Shown here: piece by piece, positions 52,700 through 64,000 of the stretch | How positions within the stretch are numbered: position 1 is the first letter of the stretch | Layout of the letters: each line of letters starts with the position of its first letter | Origin: Selaginella moellendorffii | Lineage: Eukaryota; Plantae; Lycopodiophyta | NCBI RefSeq assembly: GCF_000143415.4 | Contig: NW_003314293.1 | Location: forward strand, 1,032,628 to 1,096,627 | DNA length: 64,000 nucleotides | Reading direction: 5' to 3' | Made by a program: the position numbers and the translations under genes | The notes under the pieces: model-generated | Seen by the model: only the letters and a program-made list of their open reading frames with translations | What the model was told of the DNA's origin: nothing | Databases searched by the model: none

Positions 52700-55600
52700 A
52701 GGAAGCGCCGAGGCCAACCTCAATGGTCTCGGTCTCCAAGAAAAGGCAGCCGCCTTGATCGTTATGGGCTTGGTGGATTGAGTGGAGATTCATCTCAAGT
52801 ATCCAATGAAGTTTCTACTAGTCGTGCTGGAGGCAACAATAAACATAACAATAATGTGGATGTTGAGATGGACATTCAAATTGATGTTGGTGTTATTGAG
52901 GCTGTTGGTACTAGTGCTCATGAGGCTGCGGCTACTGGTGGTGGGGTACTTACATTTGATGTTGGTGATGGTGGGGGTGCTATGCCTTCGGTTGCTGAGG
53001 TTGCTCACAACGAGGTAGATGAACTAGTTGAGGAAGTTATTAGTAGCATTGTAGGTGGATCTACTACAACGGCTATTGGGGGCATAATAGCTGCTCCTAG
53101 TGCTCCTCAGGCTAGTGGTGCAGGGGGAGCTAGTGGTGGTGAGGGATTATGCATGCATGATTCTGACACCATCTTGAATGATCGTGTTCAGGACACGATT
53201 ATCCAACCTCAAGAATGGACAGTTAGTAAAGTGTTACAAGAAACCCTCATCGATTTCTAGTTCCTTTGGTTCAAAGCCATTGGGTGCACTTAGCTTACAA
53301 CCTCAATATGGCTATCTACAGCTCATTTTCCGAGGTCGGGTTTGGGAGCACAACTGGTACCTTCATCGTTTCACCAACTTTCCCTGGAACTGGCCAGACA
53401 GAGTTAGTGACTACTGAACTTGAGAAAAAATGGGATCCTATATGGCTGCAAAAGTCTTGTGAGTTTGATGGATTCTTAAGACAACATGTGGAGACAGCAA
53501 GGTTCATTGGAAAGCTCTTTTGGGTGATCGATGGAAACCATAGGTGGCTAACATTTTGGAAGTGCATTCAAGAGAAGTTCCGAGATGATAAACAATGACA
53601 CATTAGTGTTCCAGTCACACTTGTCGAACCAATGACTCAGGAGCACACTGTGAAGCTCAACATGGCATGCCATAAGATCAACATGTAAGAATTTATTTTT
53701 TGTAAACTTAGCCAATATCGTGTTTTTGCAGGCTAAACCAATTTGCATTTCAAACTCATACATTGGTACATGACATTGAGCACCTTTGGTTTATTGGCAT
53801 GCTCTCGCTACAGGAGGTCCAAACGTTGTACAATCGTGAGGTATTCAAAGCAATTCGAGTGAAGCTAGCAGCTAGAAAAGGCCAAGAATTGCAGACTTGG
53901 TACCAGCTGCCACTTGATTTTCTAGTTGCTGTCTGGGCGAAGGTAAATTAGTATTGAAGTATGTATTGACTTACATAATGTTTTTTGCAGCCCATAATCA
54001 AGGGAGAAAGAGCGTCATTCTTTAAAAATGCCCGAGGGGACGAGCAGCAGAAGGAGATGGAGTAGCATGCGATTGAGCAGTGAATTTTGAATACAAAGAG
54101 AACAAAGGTGAAAAAGTTGCTCTCGATTGCAGACATACAACGCGGGTAGGAATGGCTTGATAGCATTGCGGAGATTTGTTCTCGCGTTCGTAAGTTCTTC
54201 TAAAATTTGTGAAACACTTCATAACTCTTTGTGTGTGTAGGAACTGGTAAAGCACTAGAGGAACTCATTTACAACATCTCCAAGAGTAAAATGTCCTTTG
54301 CTGAACAAAGCGTTTGCTTGGAACTTCTCAACACTTGGCTGTGAAACAACGAAAAACACTGCGAGATAAGGATGGAGAAGGTGATGAAGGAGAAGGCGTA
54401 CATTTCTCAGAGTATTGCCGCTGGTGAGGAGATGCTACAAGTTTGGGACAAGAAGTTTCTTTCCAGCCCCCGCACAGGTATCACTCTCGAAGAATATATT
54501 CATGCTTGTCTTGTGGAGCTAGGGAATGGTTGGCTTCCACATGGTGGGACGAGTTCGACTGAGTTCAAGAACCAACCAAGACAACCATTTCTTGTGAGGC
54601 GCATGGTTTACAGGTATTTTCTCAATTCTCATTTATATATTGGTATTTATATTTTTGTTTTACTTTGTAGATATTTTAAATATTGCCCCGGCGCACCGGT
54701 ATACACAACTGGTGTTTTGCAGAAGCTCTTGACTAGAGGCAAGAAGCTTGGGATGTATGAGCTAGAGTTCTACTGTCCTTGTACACATGAGAGGGAGCTA
54801 TGCCTGTGGTACCTTGAACTCGTGGAGCAGATGCCGACATCAGATTTCGGGCTAGATCTCTACCTTGAATGTCATCCAGGTTCACTTGAAACTCAGCACT
54901 TGGCTAGGAAATATTAACCTTGAGTTATATTCTTATTTTCCAGAGGCTCTTTCTGACTAAACCCAGGAGTCCACACTCAGGAAACCATTCAGGAGATGCC
55001 AAGTCCAAATACCGTTGAACCAGAGGAAACTGTACAAGAAATTCCACCACAAGGAATTCCAGTACTTGCTCCTTGCAACCCCCAAACGGGCCATTGTGAA
55101 GCCTTTCATGAGAGTAAGGAATTTGATTTGGAACATTCTTTTATTCATTCTTGACTTCACTTTTTTTTTATAGATGTTGTAGAGAGCAGCCATCACTCTT
55201 CTCGGCGGACTAAGACATTCTTCCCATCCCTCCCTATGGCTACAGACGACGACCTAGAAGAGCTCTCCTCTGCAGCTATACATAAACAGGTTAGTAAGCA
55301 TGAATTTTATCTCCAACTTTTAGTTCTAATAATTGATTTTCAAGTTTGCCCTCTATCCCCAATGGCTAGTGTTGGGGAAGTTGCTGTTCTCATTGGGGAT
55401 TACACACAACTTTTAGATGCTACTAGTCGGGAGCTCTATATGCTTGATCGGTGGATCCATGGTCTGGGTCAGCTCACACCTTATGGGAAGATCGATTTCA
55501 TCTTTTTCGATCTTCTCGATGGGATGCCACCACTGCAGGGGGATACTTCGTCATGGAATGTGTTGCAGGCCCAACACATTTCCCAAGCCTTAAAGGTTGC

Positions 55601-55782
55601 AAGCAGCTTCATGACATACGAGGGTGTGGTTGTCATGATCCTTCCCCGCTCTCTAATGTGGGAAGGCACACTTGGCCGACAACAATGATGGATTTATTGA
55701 GTTTTCATCTGGCTACCTTCTTTCAAGTATGGTGGTGGACACAAACGGCACTAGTGGGCAGAAGCGAAAGGTGTGTGACTTC
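52700..55782 (+). pseudogene. Family-2 ParB-like + amino-MTase gene, copy 1 (3' truncated)
   Basis: LFWVIDGNHRWLTF (ParB/Srx DGxHR); GKIDFIFFDLLDG...ALKVASSFMTYEGVVVMIL (motif IV-VI region); short GT-AG introns (~53685-53731, 53943-53990, 54147-54240, 54615-54670). Confidence 0.7.
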
Positions 55783-55785
55783 CCC

Positions 55786-56063
55786 TTGCAGCCAAGAACT
55801 TGTTCACATTGGCTAGCCAAGCGAGACACTCATCCACACCACCATCACCAGAAAAGGTTGGAATCTTGAGTTGATCTACCAAATAAGGCTTATTTGGAGT
55901 GCTACCCCGTCCAGCCTCGAGTGCCTCAACATGCCCACGCATGGTATCCCATCTCATCTTGCATCTCTTGCTGATTTCGATTAAGGGCTCGCAGCTCGTG
56001 AACCACATCTTGAATGGTCCAAATCTCCACAGCTCCATCGGCACCATTGTCGGCACCACCATC
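55786..56063 (-). mobile_element. Gypsy gag fragment acting as filler at the tandem-duplication junction
   Basis: Reverse-complement match to ~21006-21292. Confidence 0.85.
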
Positions 56064-57523
56064 TGATTACCCTTATCATGACATACATTCTCCAAACTAA
56101 CTGATTCCAACTTTAGCTTGAATCTTCTACAAAGGAAGCTCTCTCCTATAACACTCTTAGAGAAAACAATTAGAGGCTCTTGATCGAACTTCAAGTAGAA
56201 TTCTCTTATATCTTCTCCTTGCTCGAGCACTTAGAAAAAATTTGGGGAGAAACTGACAAGAAAGAATAAAGATATTCTTCTGTATTGTGAGCATTAATTA
56301 GCTATGTCTTTGTAAAGGACAAGTTAATTATTTTAACAAATTATATAACCATTTAGAATCTAGAGAGATATGAATCCATATTAATTGTATAATTGATTGT
56401 GAAAGGAATAATATTGTTGAAATGAATGTGGTTATGAGTGAGAAGCGCCAGTCAATCACAAAAGTTGTAGCATTGATTGTTTGTTCTCCCTCTCATCTCT
56501 ATACTCTCTTCCCTTCAAGAGAGTTTTATTCTTTTGTGACAAGTGAGAGAGAGTCAAGCTCGGAAAGGTTGGTTCGTAGGTGGTTTTTTTGCTATCAAAG
56601 AGAATGAAAATCATGGCCATTGATTGTGACTGTTGATTGCATCTGTTGATTTTTAGGGTTTTACACATAGGGTTTGAGTAGCAAAGGGCGAGAGAAAGGC
56701 GCGCTTGAGCAGAGAAGGGCGAGAGAAAGGAGATTCAACCTAGCAATGTGCTTCAAGACACTCCTCAAACAAGGTATGCTTCCTTGAGAAGGTCGGTCCG
56801 CACACAAACCGACATCTCCTCACTTTTTTTCTTCCATGAGAAATTTTCTGTTTTCTTGACTTTTGTTTTCTCTTGAGGGATAGAGATGTTGGTTCTTGTG
56901 TGAACTGACATCTCCTAGCATTCTATTTCATTTTCTGTTTAGCTTTTTGCCCATCTCTGCCTAGTTTTTTTAATTTTTTTCCTTGTAAAAGGGGTGGGAA
57001 AGATCGGTTCGCGCGCGAACTGATGTCTCCCCACCTTCATTTTTTCTAGAAGCGAGCTTTCTTGGTTTTTTTCATGTTTCTAGTGGTGAGATCTCTATAT
57101 TTTAGAAAATAGAGAGAGATAGAAATGTCGGTTCTTGTGCGAATCGACATCTTCAAGTTTTTTTTTAATTTCATTGACTTGATAAGGCATTTCATGTGAA
57201 AATTAGAGGGTGGAAGATGTCAATTCTTGCACGAACCGACCTCTCCCATATTCTTGTTGTGTTTTTCCTTTTTCTCGAGAGGTAGGGTGAGGTCAGTTCT
57301 CGTGCGAACCAACCTTTCCTAGTGACTTGTGTTTTTTTCCTTTGCATTTCTTGTAGTTTATAATCTATTTTTCACATCTTTTACTTACAAACTTTTCTTG
57401 TGAGAGCAGATATAAATCAAGATTGACTGCCTAAAACTTCCAACAAGGGACTTGAACTTAAAATGCCACAAGTTTACTTTACATTACAAGTTCGATGTTA
57501 TAATATTTTTGCTTTTTATTTTA

Positions 57524-60500
57524 GAGGAAGCACTGAGGCCAACCTCAATGGTCTCGGTCTCCAAGAAAAGGCAGCCGCCTGTAAGCTCTTGAATTTGGAC
57601 TTCTCGGAAGGTCACCCAGCCCAGTACTATTCAAACCCAAGGACGCTTAACCCCAAATATCCCAAGACCCTTAACCGATTGGAAAAGGGGGTGCACTCTT
57701 GTTCATGGGCCTATTTGAACCCCATGGATCATCTCTCAAGTCATTCCCTTTGGTTGCTTACACCACCTTGATCGCTGTGGGCTTGGCTGATTGTGTGGAG
57801 ATTCATCTCAAGTATCCAATGAAGTTTCTGCTAGTCATGCTGGAGGCAATGATAAGCATAACAACAATGTGGATGTTGAGATGAACATTCAAATTGATGT
57901 TGGTGTTATTGAGGCTATTGGTACTAGTGCTCCTGAGGCTGCAGCTACTGGTGGTGGGGTACTTGCGTCTGATGTTATTGAGGCTGTTGTTGGTACTAGT
58001 TGTTATTGAGGCTGCGGCTAATGGTGCTGGGGTATTTGCATCTGATGTTGGTGGTGGTGGGGGTGTTGTGCCTTCAGTTGCTGAGGTTGCTTGCGGCAAG
58101 GTAGATGAACCAGTTGAGGAGGTTATTGGTAGCATTGTAGGTGGATCTACTGCAAAGGCTATTGGGGGCATGGTAACTGCTCCTACTACTCCTCAGGCTA
58201 GTAGTGCAGAGGGAGCTAGTGGTGGTGAGGGATTATGCATGCATGATTTTGACACCATCTTGAATGATCGTGTTCGGGACACGATTATCCAAGCTCAAGA
58301 ACGGACAATCAGTAAAGTGTTACAGGAAATGGCCTGGAATGGCCCTCATCGATTTCTAGTTCCTTTGTGCCGGTTGGTTCAAAGCCATTGGGTACATTCA
58401 GCTTACGACCTCAACATGGCTATCTATAGCTCGTTTGCCGAGGTCGGGTTTGGGAGCATAACTGGTACCTTCATCATTTCACCAACTTTCCCTGGAACCA
58501 GCCGGATAGAGTCAGTGACTACTGAACTTGAGGAAAAATGGGATCCTATATAGCTGTGAAAGTCTTGTGAGTTTGATGGATTCTTAGGACAACATGTAAA
58601 GACAGTAGGGTTCATTAGAAAGCTCTTTTGTGTGATCGATGGAAACCATAGGTGGTTGGCATTTTGGAAGTGCATTCAAGAGAAGTTCCGAGATGACAAA
58701 GAATGACACATTAGTGTTTCAATCACACTTGTCGAACCAATGACTCGAGAGCACACTGTAAAGCTCAACATGGCATGCCATAAGATCAACATGTAAGAAT
58801 TTATTTTTTGTAAACTTAGCCAATATTGTGTTTTTGGAAGCTAAACGAATTTGCATTTCAAGCTCATACATTGGTACATGATATTGAGCACCTTTGGTTT
58901 ATTGGCATGCTCTCGCTAGAGGAGGTCCAAACATTGTACAATTGTGAGGTATTTGAAGCAATTTGAGTGAAGCTAGCAGCTAGGAAAGGCCAAGAATTGC
59001 AGACTTCGTACAACCTGCTACTTGATTTTCTAGTTGCTGTCTGGGCGAAGGTAAATTAGTATTGAAGTATGTATCGACTTACATAATGTTTTTTGCAGCC
59101 CATAATCAAGGGAGAAAGAGCGTCATTCTTTAAAAATGCCCGAGGGCACGAGCAGCAGAAGGAGATGGAGTGGCATGCAATTGAGCAGTGAATTTTGAAT
59201 ATAAAGAGAACAAAGGTGAAAAAGTTGCTCTCAATTGCAGACATACGACGCAGGTAGGAATAGCTTGATAGCATTGCAGAGATTTTTTTTTGCATTTGTA
59301 AGTTCTTCTAAAATTTGTGAAACACTTCATAACTCTTTGTGTGTGTAGGAACTGGTAAAGCACCGGAGGAACTCATTTACAACATCTCCAAGAGTAAAAT
59401 GTCCTTTGCTGAACAAAGCGTTTGCTTGGAACTTCTCAACACTTGGCTGTGAAACAACGAAAAACACTATGAGATAAGGATGGAGAAGGTGATGAAGGAG
59501 AAGGCATACATTTCTTAGAGTATTGCTGCTAGTGAGGAGATGCTACAAGTTTGGGATGAGAAGTTTCTTTCTAACACCTGCACAGGTATCACTCTCGAAG
59601 AATATATTCGTGCTTGTCTTGTGGAGCTAGGGAATGGTTGGCTTTCACATGGTGGGACGAGTTCAACTGAGTTCAAAAACCAACCAAGACAACCATTTCT
59701 TGTGAGGCGCATGGTTTACAGGTATTTTCTCAATTCTCATTTATATATTGGTATTTATATTTTTGTTTTACTTTGTAGATATTTTAAATATTGCCCCGGC
59801 GCACCGGTATACACAACTGGTGTTTTGCAGAAGCTCTTGACAAGAAGCAAGAAGCTTGGGATGTATGAGCCAAAGTTTTACTGTCCTTGTACACATGAGA
59901 GGGAGCTATGCCCGTGGTACCTTGAACTCGTGGAGCAGATGCCGACATCAAACTTTGAGCTAGATCTCTACCTTGAATGTCATCCAGGTTCACTTGAAAC
60001 TCAGCACTTGGCTAGGAAATATTAACCTTGAGTTATATTCTTATTTTCCAGAGGCTCTTTTTGACTATGATAATGATGTTGTTGAAGTTCAACAACTAAA
60101 CCCAGGAGTCCACACTCAGGAAACTATTTAGAAGATGCAAATTTCAAATACCGTTGAACTAGAGGAAACTGTACAGGAAATTCCAGCACACTGCTCCTCA
60201 CAACCCCCGAAGGGGCCGTTATGAAGCCTTTCATGAGAGTAAGGAATTTTATTTGGAACATTCTTTTATTCATTCTTGACTTCACTTTTTTTTTTATAGA
60301 TGTTGCAGAGAGCAACCATCAGTCTTTTTGGCAGACTAAGACATTCTTCCCATCCCTCCCTATGGGTATAGACGACGACCTAGCTCTCCTCCGCAGCTAT
60401 GCATAAACAGGTTAGTAAGCATGAATTTTATCTCCAATTTTTAGTTCTAATAATTGATTTTCAGGTTTGCCCTCTATCCCCAATGGCTAGTGTTGGGGAA

Positions 60501-61630
60501 GTTGTTGTTCTCATTGGGGATTACACGCAGCTTTTAGATGCTACTAGTCGGGAGCTCTACATGCTTGATCGGTGGATCCATGGTCTGGGTCAGCTCACAC
60601 CTTATGGGAAGATCAATTTCATCTTTTTCAATCTTCCCGATGGGATGCCACCACTACAGGGGGATACTCCGTCAGCTCACACCTTATGGGAAGATCAATT
60701 TCATCTTTTTCAATCTTCCCGATGGGATGCCACCACCGCAGGAGGATACTTCGTCATGGAATGTGTTGCAGGCCCAACACATTTCCCAATCCTTAAAGGT
60801 TGCAAGCAGCTTCATAACATACGAGGGTGTGGTTGTCATGATCCTTCCCTGCTCTCTAATGTGGGAAGGCACACTTGGCCGACAACAATGATGGATTTGT
60901 TGAGTTTTCATCTGGCTGCTTTCTTTCAAGTATGGTGGTGGACACAAAAGGCACTAGTGGGCAGAAGCAAAAGGTGTGTGACTTCTTTATTTACAAATTA
61001 ACTCTATTCTATTTTTTTTTCCAGATTTATTTCTGGAAATACCATGCTCTATGCCACATTGGGAACCGACATAATGCCACACGAGCTAACGAGCGTGCTG
61101 CTCTTGCTTTACCAGGATATGATAGCTCTATAGACATCATCCCAAATGTGATTGACTTGGACATTCTTCACCCAGTGTTCTTTGGTTATCGACATCGTTC
61201 GGTCACAACCATGCAGATCTTGTTGGAGTTATTCTGTCCGCCAAAGGGGATTGTGCTTGATGCTACAGTAGGATTTGGATCAATGGTGTAGGCAGCGAAA
61301 GAGACAGGCCGAGCTGTTTTTGCACTTGAGAAGGAGGGTGCATTTGAGGACATTCTTAGGAGATTTTGGGACAAGTGATGTTAGTGCTTGAAATAATCTA
61401 TAATATTTAGTCTCAAATGTTTCTATGTCATTAGGTTTACATTTATCACACATGGTGTTTCAGTCCACACACTTCATCTTGATGATATGGATGATCATAT
61501 GGACCAAAGTCAATTCCACTTACCTATTTATGCTAAACGTATGGCACAACATTACATACAACACGAGCCTATAGTGAAGGAGCATTCCACTATTTCTACT
61601 ATTCTAGATATGGAAGTAGAAAAAGATTGA
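57524..61630 (+). pseudogene. Family-2 ParB-like + beta-class amino-MTase gene, copy 2 (3' end present)
   Basis: VIDGNHRW at ~58633; INFIFFNLPDG; RHRSVTTMQILLELFCPPKGIVLDATVGFGSMV*AAKETGRAVFALEKE (motif X-I-II of N6_N4_Mtase) at 61190-61335; internal 82-bp duplication at ~60589-60752. Confidence 0.75.
57580..57762. mobile_element. Solo LTR (183 bp)
   Basis: TGTAAGC...GCTTACA termini; 5-bp TSD CCGCC/CCACC; absent from the paralogous site at ~52750. Confidence 0.9.
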
Positions 61631-62669
61631 ATATATTCTGATTTTAATATAAATTATATTGTTTAATATATTATTTTCTTTCTTTGTAAACTAAAAGATT
61701 AATTTGTGTCGAACCAATAATCTACATGAGCTTATGGAATACCTTAAACACCTAGATTTTATTTTAAATTCTTGGTTCGGGACGAACTAAGGTAGTGCCA
61801 TTAAACTTTCGCTAATTAGGGGATTGTAATGACTTCCTTTGACTTTCGTTGATTTTCATTGACTGGAGCTCAGCTCAAAAACTACCCAGCCCCACCCTAA
61901 CCTAACTTTCATCACAGCTGTTCATCGTGAATGCAATAAATCTCCATTACATTCTGCAAATATTTGCTAGTAATGTACAATTTCTATTCCGTCCTAGATT
62001 TCATCACGTGACAAAGTCCTTTTGAGGTATAATTTAATAATAGAGGTGTGCTCTAATATGACTATGCCATAATGTGGAAATAATGTCATAGATGCATTCG
62101 TTGAATTTATCACAGTACAAAATTATAAATGAGAATTATGTATTTCTTGCAAGTCATAGAATCTTTGTCAGAAAAAATAAGATTATTAAAATCGTAAGGT
62201 GTTATTTCCAGATAATTTACTATAGGTGATAGATGGTAGTACAAAGATGGAATATATTTAAATGAGTTCAGAAGAATGTGATGATTTCTGGCTTTAATGA
62301 AGTACTGAAATTATGTACAATATTTTATTTTTTTGGCAACAGTTGGTTGATGATAGATCCTAGAATAAAATCATTCCTATCTTTCATATTATGGCACATG
62401 CTTAAGGTGATATTTCTTTTCGTTCTACCAAAAGTTAGTCCATATAATAACTTTGAGCATGTTTTTGAATTCGATGTATACAAACTTTTAAGTACCTCCC
62501 AGTGCTAAGGGAGTTACTTCTTTTCCTTTTGTCTTTTATTCTCTTGGCACTGGAAGATTGGTTCAGCAGCAACTGATCTTCTTAGTGCCAAGAAAATCAC
62601 TCTTATTTTTCTTCAAAACTTTTTCTCATGTTTACTAAAGTGTTTTTGTCATTTTTATGTAGACATATA

Positions 62670-64000
62670 AATCATACCACAACAGAAGAAGCGTGCCGGT
62701 CAACCTCAATGGACCTATTCTCTAGGAAAATGATTAGATCATTGTGCTAGATTCACTAGGGACATTTCACAAGTTCAAGGAGCTGCTTTAGAGGAAAACC
62801 ATGGTGGGAGCAGTGGTGTCCAAATCTAAGCAATGGTTGATCCTGATTTAGGTGTTGACATGTAGGAGCCAAATAGTTCTAGAGAGCACGGAAATGTAAA
62901 ACCTATCTATAGTGCAGGAGAAGCTGTTGGTGGTGGTGGAAATGAGGGACCTAGTGCCATAGGTGGTGGGGCAGATCTTGGTGGTGGAAATGAGGCACTT
63001 TGTGACATAGGTGGTGGGGCAGATCATGGTGATGGAAATGGCAAACATGCTACTGTTGCTGAAGGTCACAAAAATGAGGTGGTAACTATGCTAGAGGTTG
63101 ATACAATCTTGAATGAGCAAGTACGTGAGACTATTGTCCAAGCTCAAAAATAAACTATTAGCAAGGTGTTAGGTGAAATGGCTTAGAAAGGACCCAACAT
63201 CTTCAAATTCAACTTTGCCGTCTTAAGCAAAGTCACTAGGTGCATTCAACCTACAACCTCAACATGGCTATTAATACCTCTTTCATAGAGGTTGGATTTA
63301 GGTACACTACTGGATCATTTATTGTATCGTCATCATTCCCCAGAACAAGTTGCATAGACATGGTTACTCACGAGATCGAGTAAACTTGGGATTAGATATA
63401 GCAGAGGAAATCTCAAGAGTTTGATACTTTGATGGCATACCATAAGGAGACACAAACTTTTGTAGGCTGGATGTTCTTCATTATTGATGGAAACCACCAG
63501 TGGTTAGCATTTTAGAGGTGTATCCAAGAGAAGTTCCAAGAGGATGATAAGTGACATATTTATGTTTTAGTGACACTTGTAGAGCCAGAGGATCGAAACC
63601 AAGCTGTGAGGCTCAACTTGGCATGTCACAAGATCAACATGTAAGAATCCCCTACTAGTAACCTTTGTTCTCACCAACTATATTACAGGTTTAATCAGTT
63701 TGCTTTCCAAGCACATACCTTGGTCCATAATATTGAGCATCTTTGATATGTTGGCATGCTTTCTCTCAAAGAAATCCAGATGCTATATAGTTGTGAGGTT
63801 ACAAAAGTAGTTCAAGCAAAGCTTGTAGTACGTAAAGACCAAGAGTTTCTTATTTGGTATCAAGTGCCTATGGATTTTGTGGTTGTGGTCTAGGCAAAGT
63901 TATCCTTTTCTTGCATGAACTTGTGTTTTCTACTCATAAATTTTCCTTTTAGCCAATTGTCAAGGCAAAGAAAAACTCATACTTGAAGATTACGCAAGTG
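62670..64000 (+). pseudogene. Third, more diverged family-2 ParB-like gene (continues past the window)
   Basis: FIIDGNHQWLAF at ~63477; LNLACHKIN|gtaag intron at the same position as in copies 1 and 2; many stops. Confidence 0.75.

Larger units (their letters stand above)
49988..61893. mobile_element. Family-2 ParB/MTase-carrying TIR element with an internal tandem duplication
   Basis: Inverted termini CTGGGTAG(G/T)TTTTGAGCT at 49992-50009 and 61872-61889; inverted subterminal palindromes at 50057 and 61771. No clear TSD, and the element spans an assembly gap. Confidence 0.65.

Overview
Eukaryotic, repeat-saturated DNA, most likely from a non-seed land plant (inferred from TTTAGGG motifs, CG/CHG C->T decay, a Tcn1-like chromovirus and a Tat element with aRH before RT). 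I see no intact host gene. Most of the window is nested Ty3/Gypsy retrotransposons, an L1-type LINE, solo LTRs and microsatellites, with two 100-N gaps. The main observation is two TIR-bounded DNA-transposon-like families with no visible nucleotide similarity to each other (family 1: ~1-4132 and ~36841-43824; family 2: ~49988-61893, plus a diverged gene copy from ~62670). Each carries a spliced gene for a ParB/Srx-like domain followed by a degenerate beta-class (N6A/N4C-type) DNA methyltransferase fold; family 1 adds a C-terminal FCP1-like HAD phosphatase. Each family carries many copies of its own 22-bp palindrome with the same 8-N6-8 geometry: ATGGCRTG-N6-CAYGCCAT (family 1) and GTCGGTTC-N6-GAACCGAC (family 2). 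Many sites are intronic, and a 287-bp MITE keeps only the family-1 TIR plus two palindromes. This resembles a transposon-borne ParB/parS-like system. A decayed P-element-like transposase and a SWIM-finger gene lie next to or inside family 2. All domain calls come from reading motifs by eye, not from database searches.
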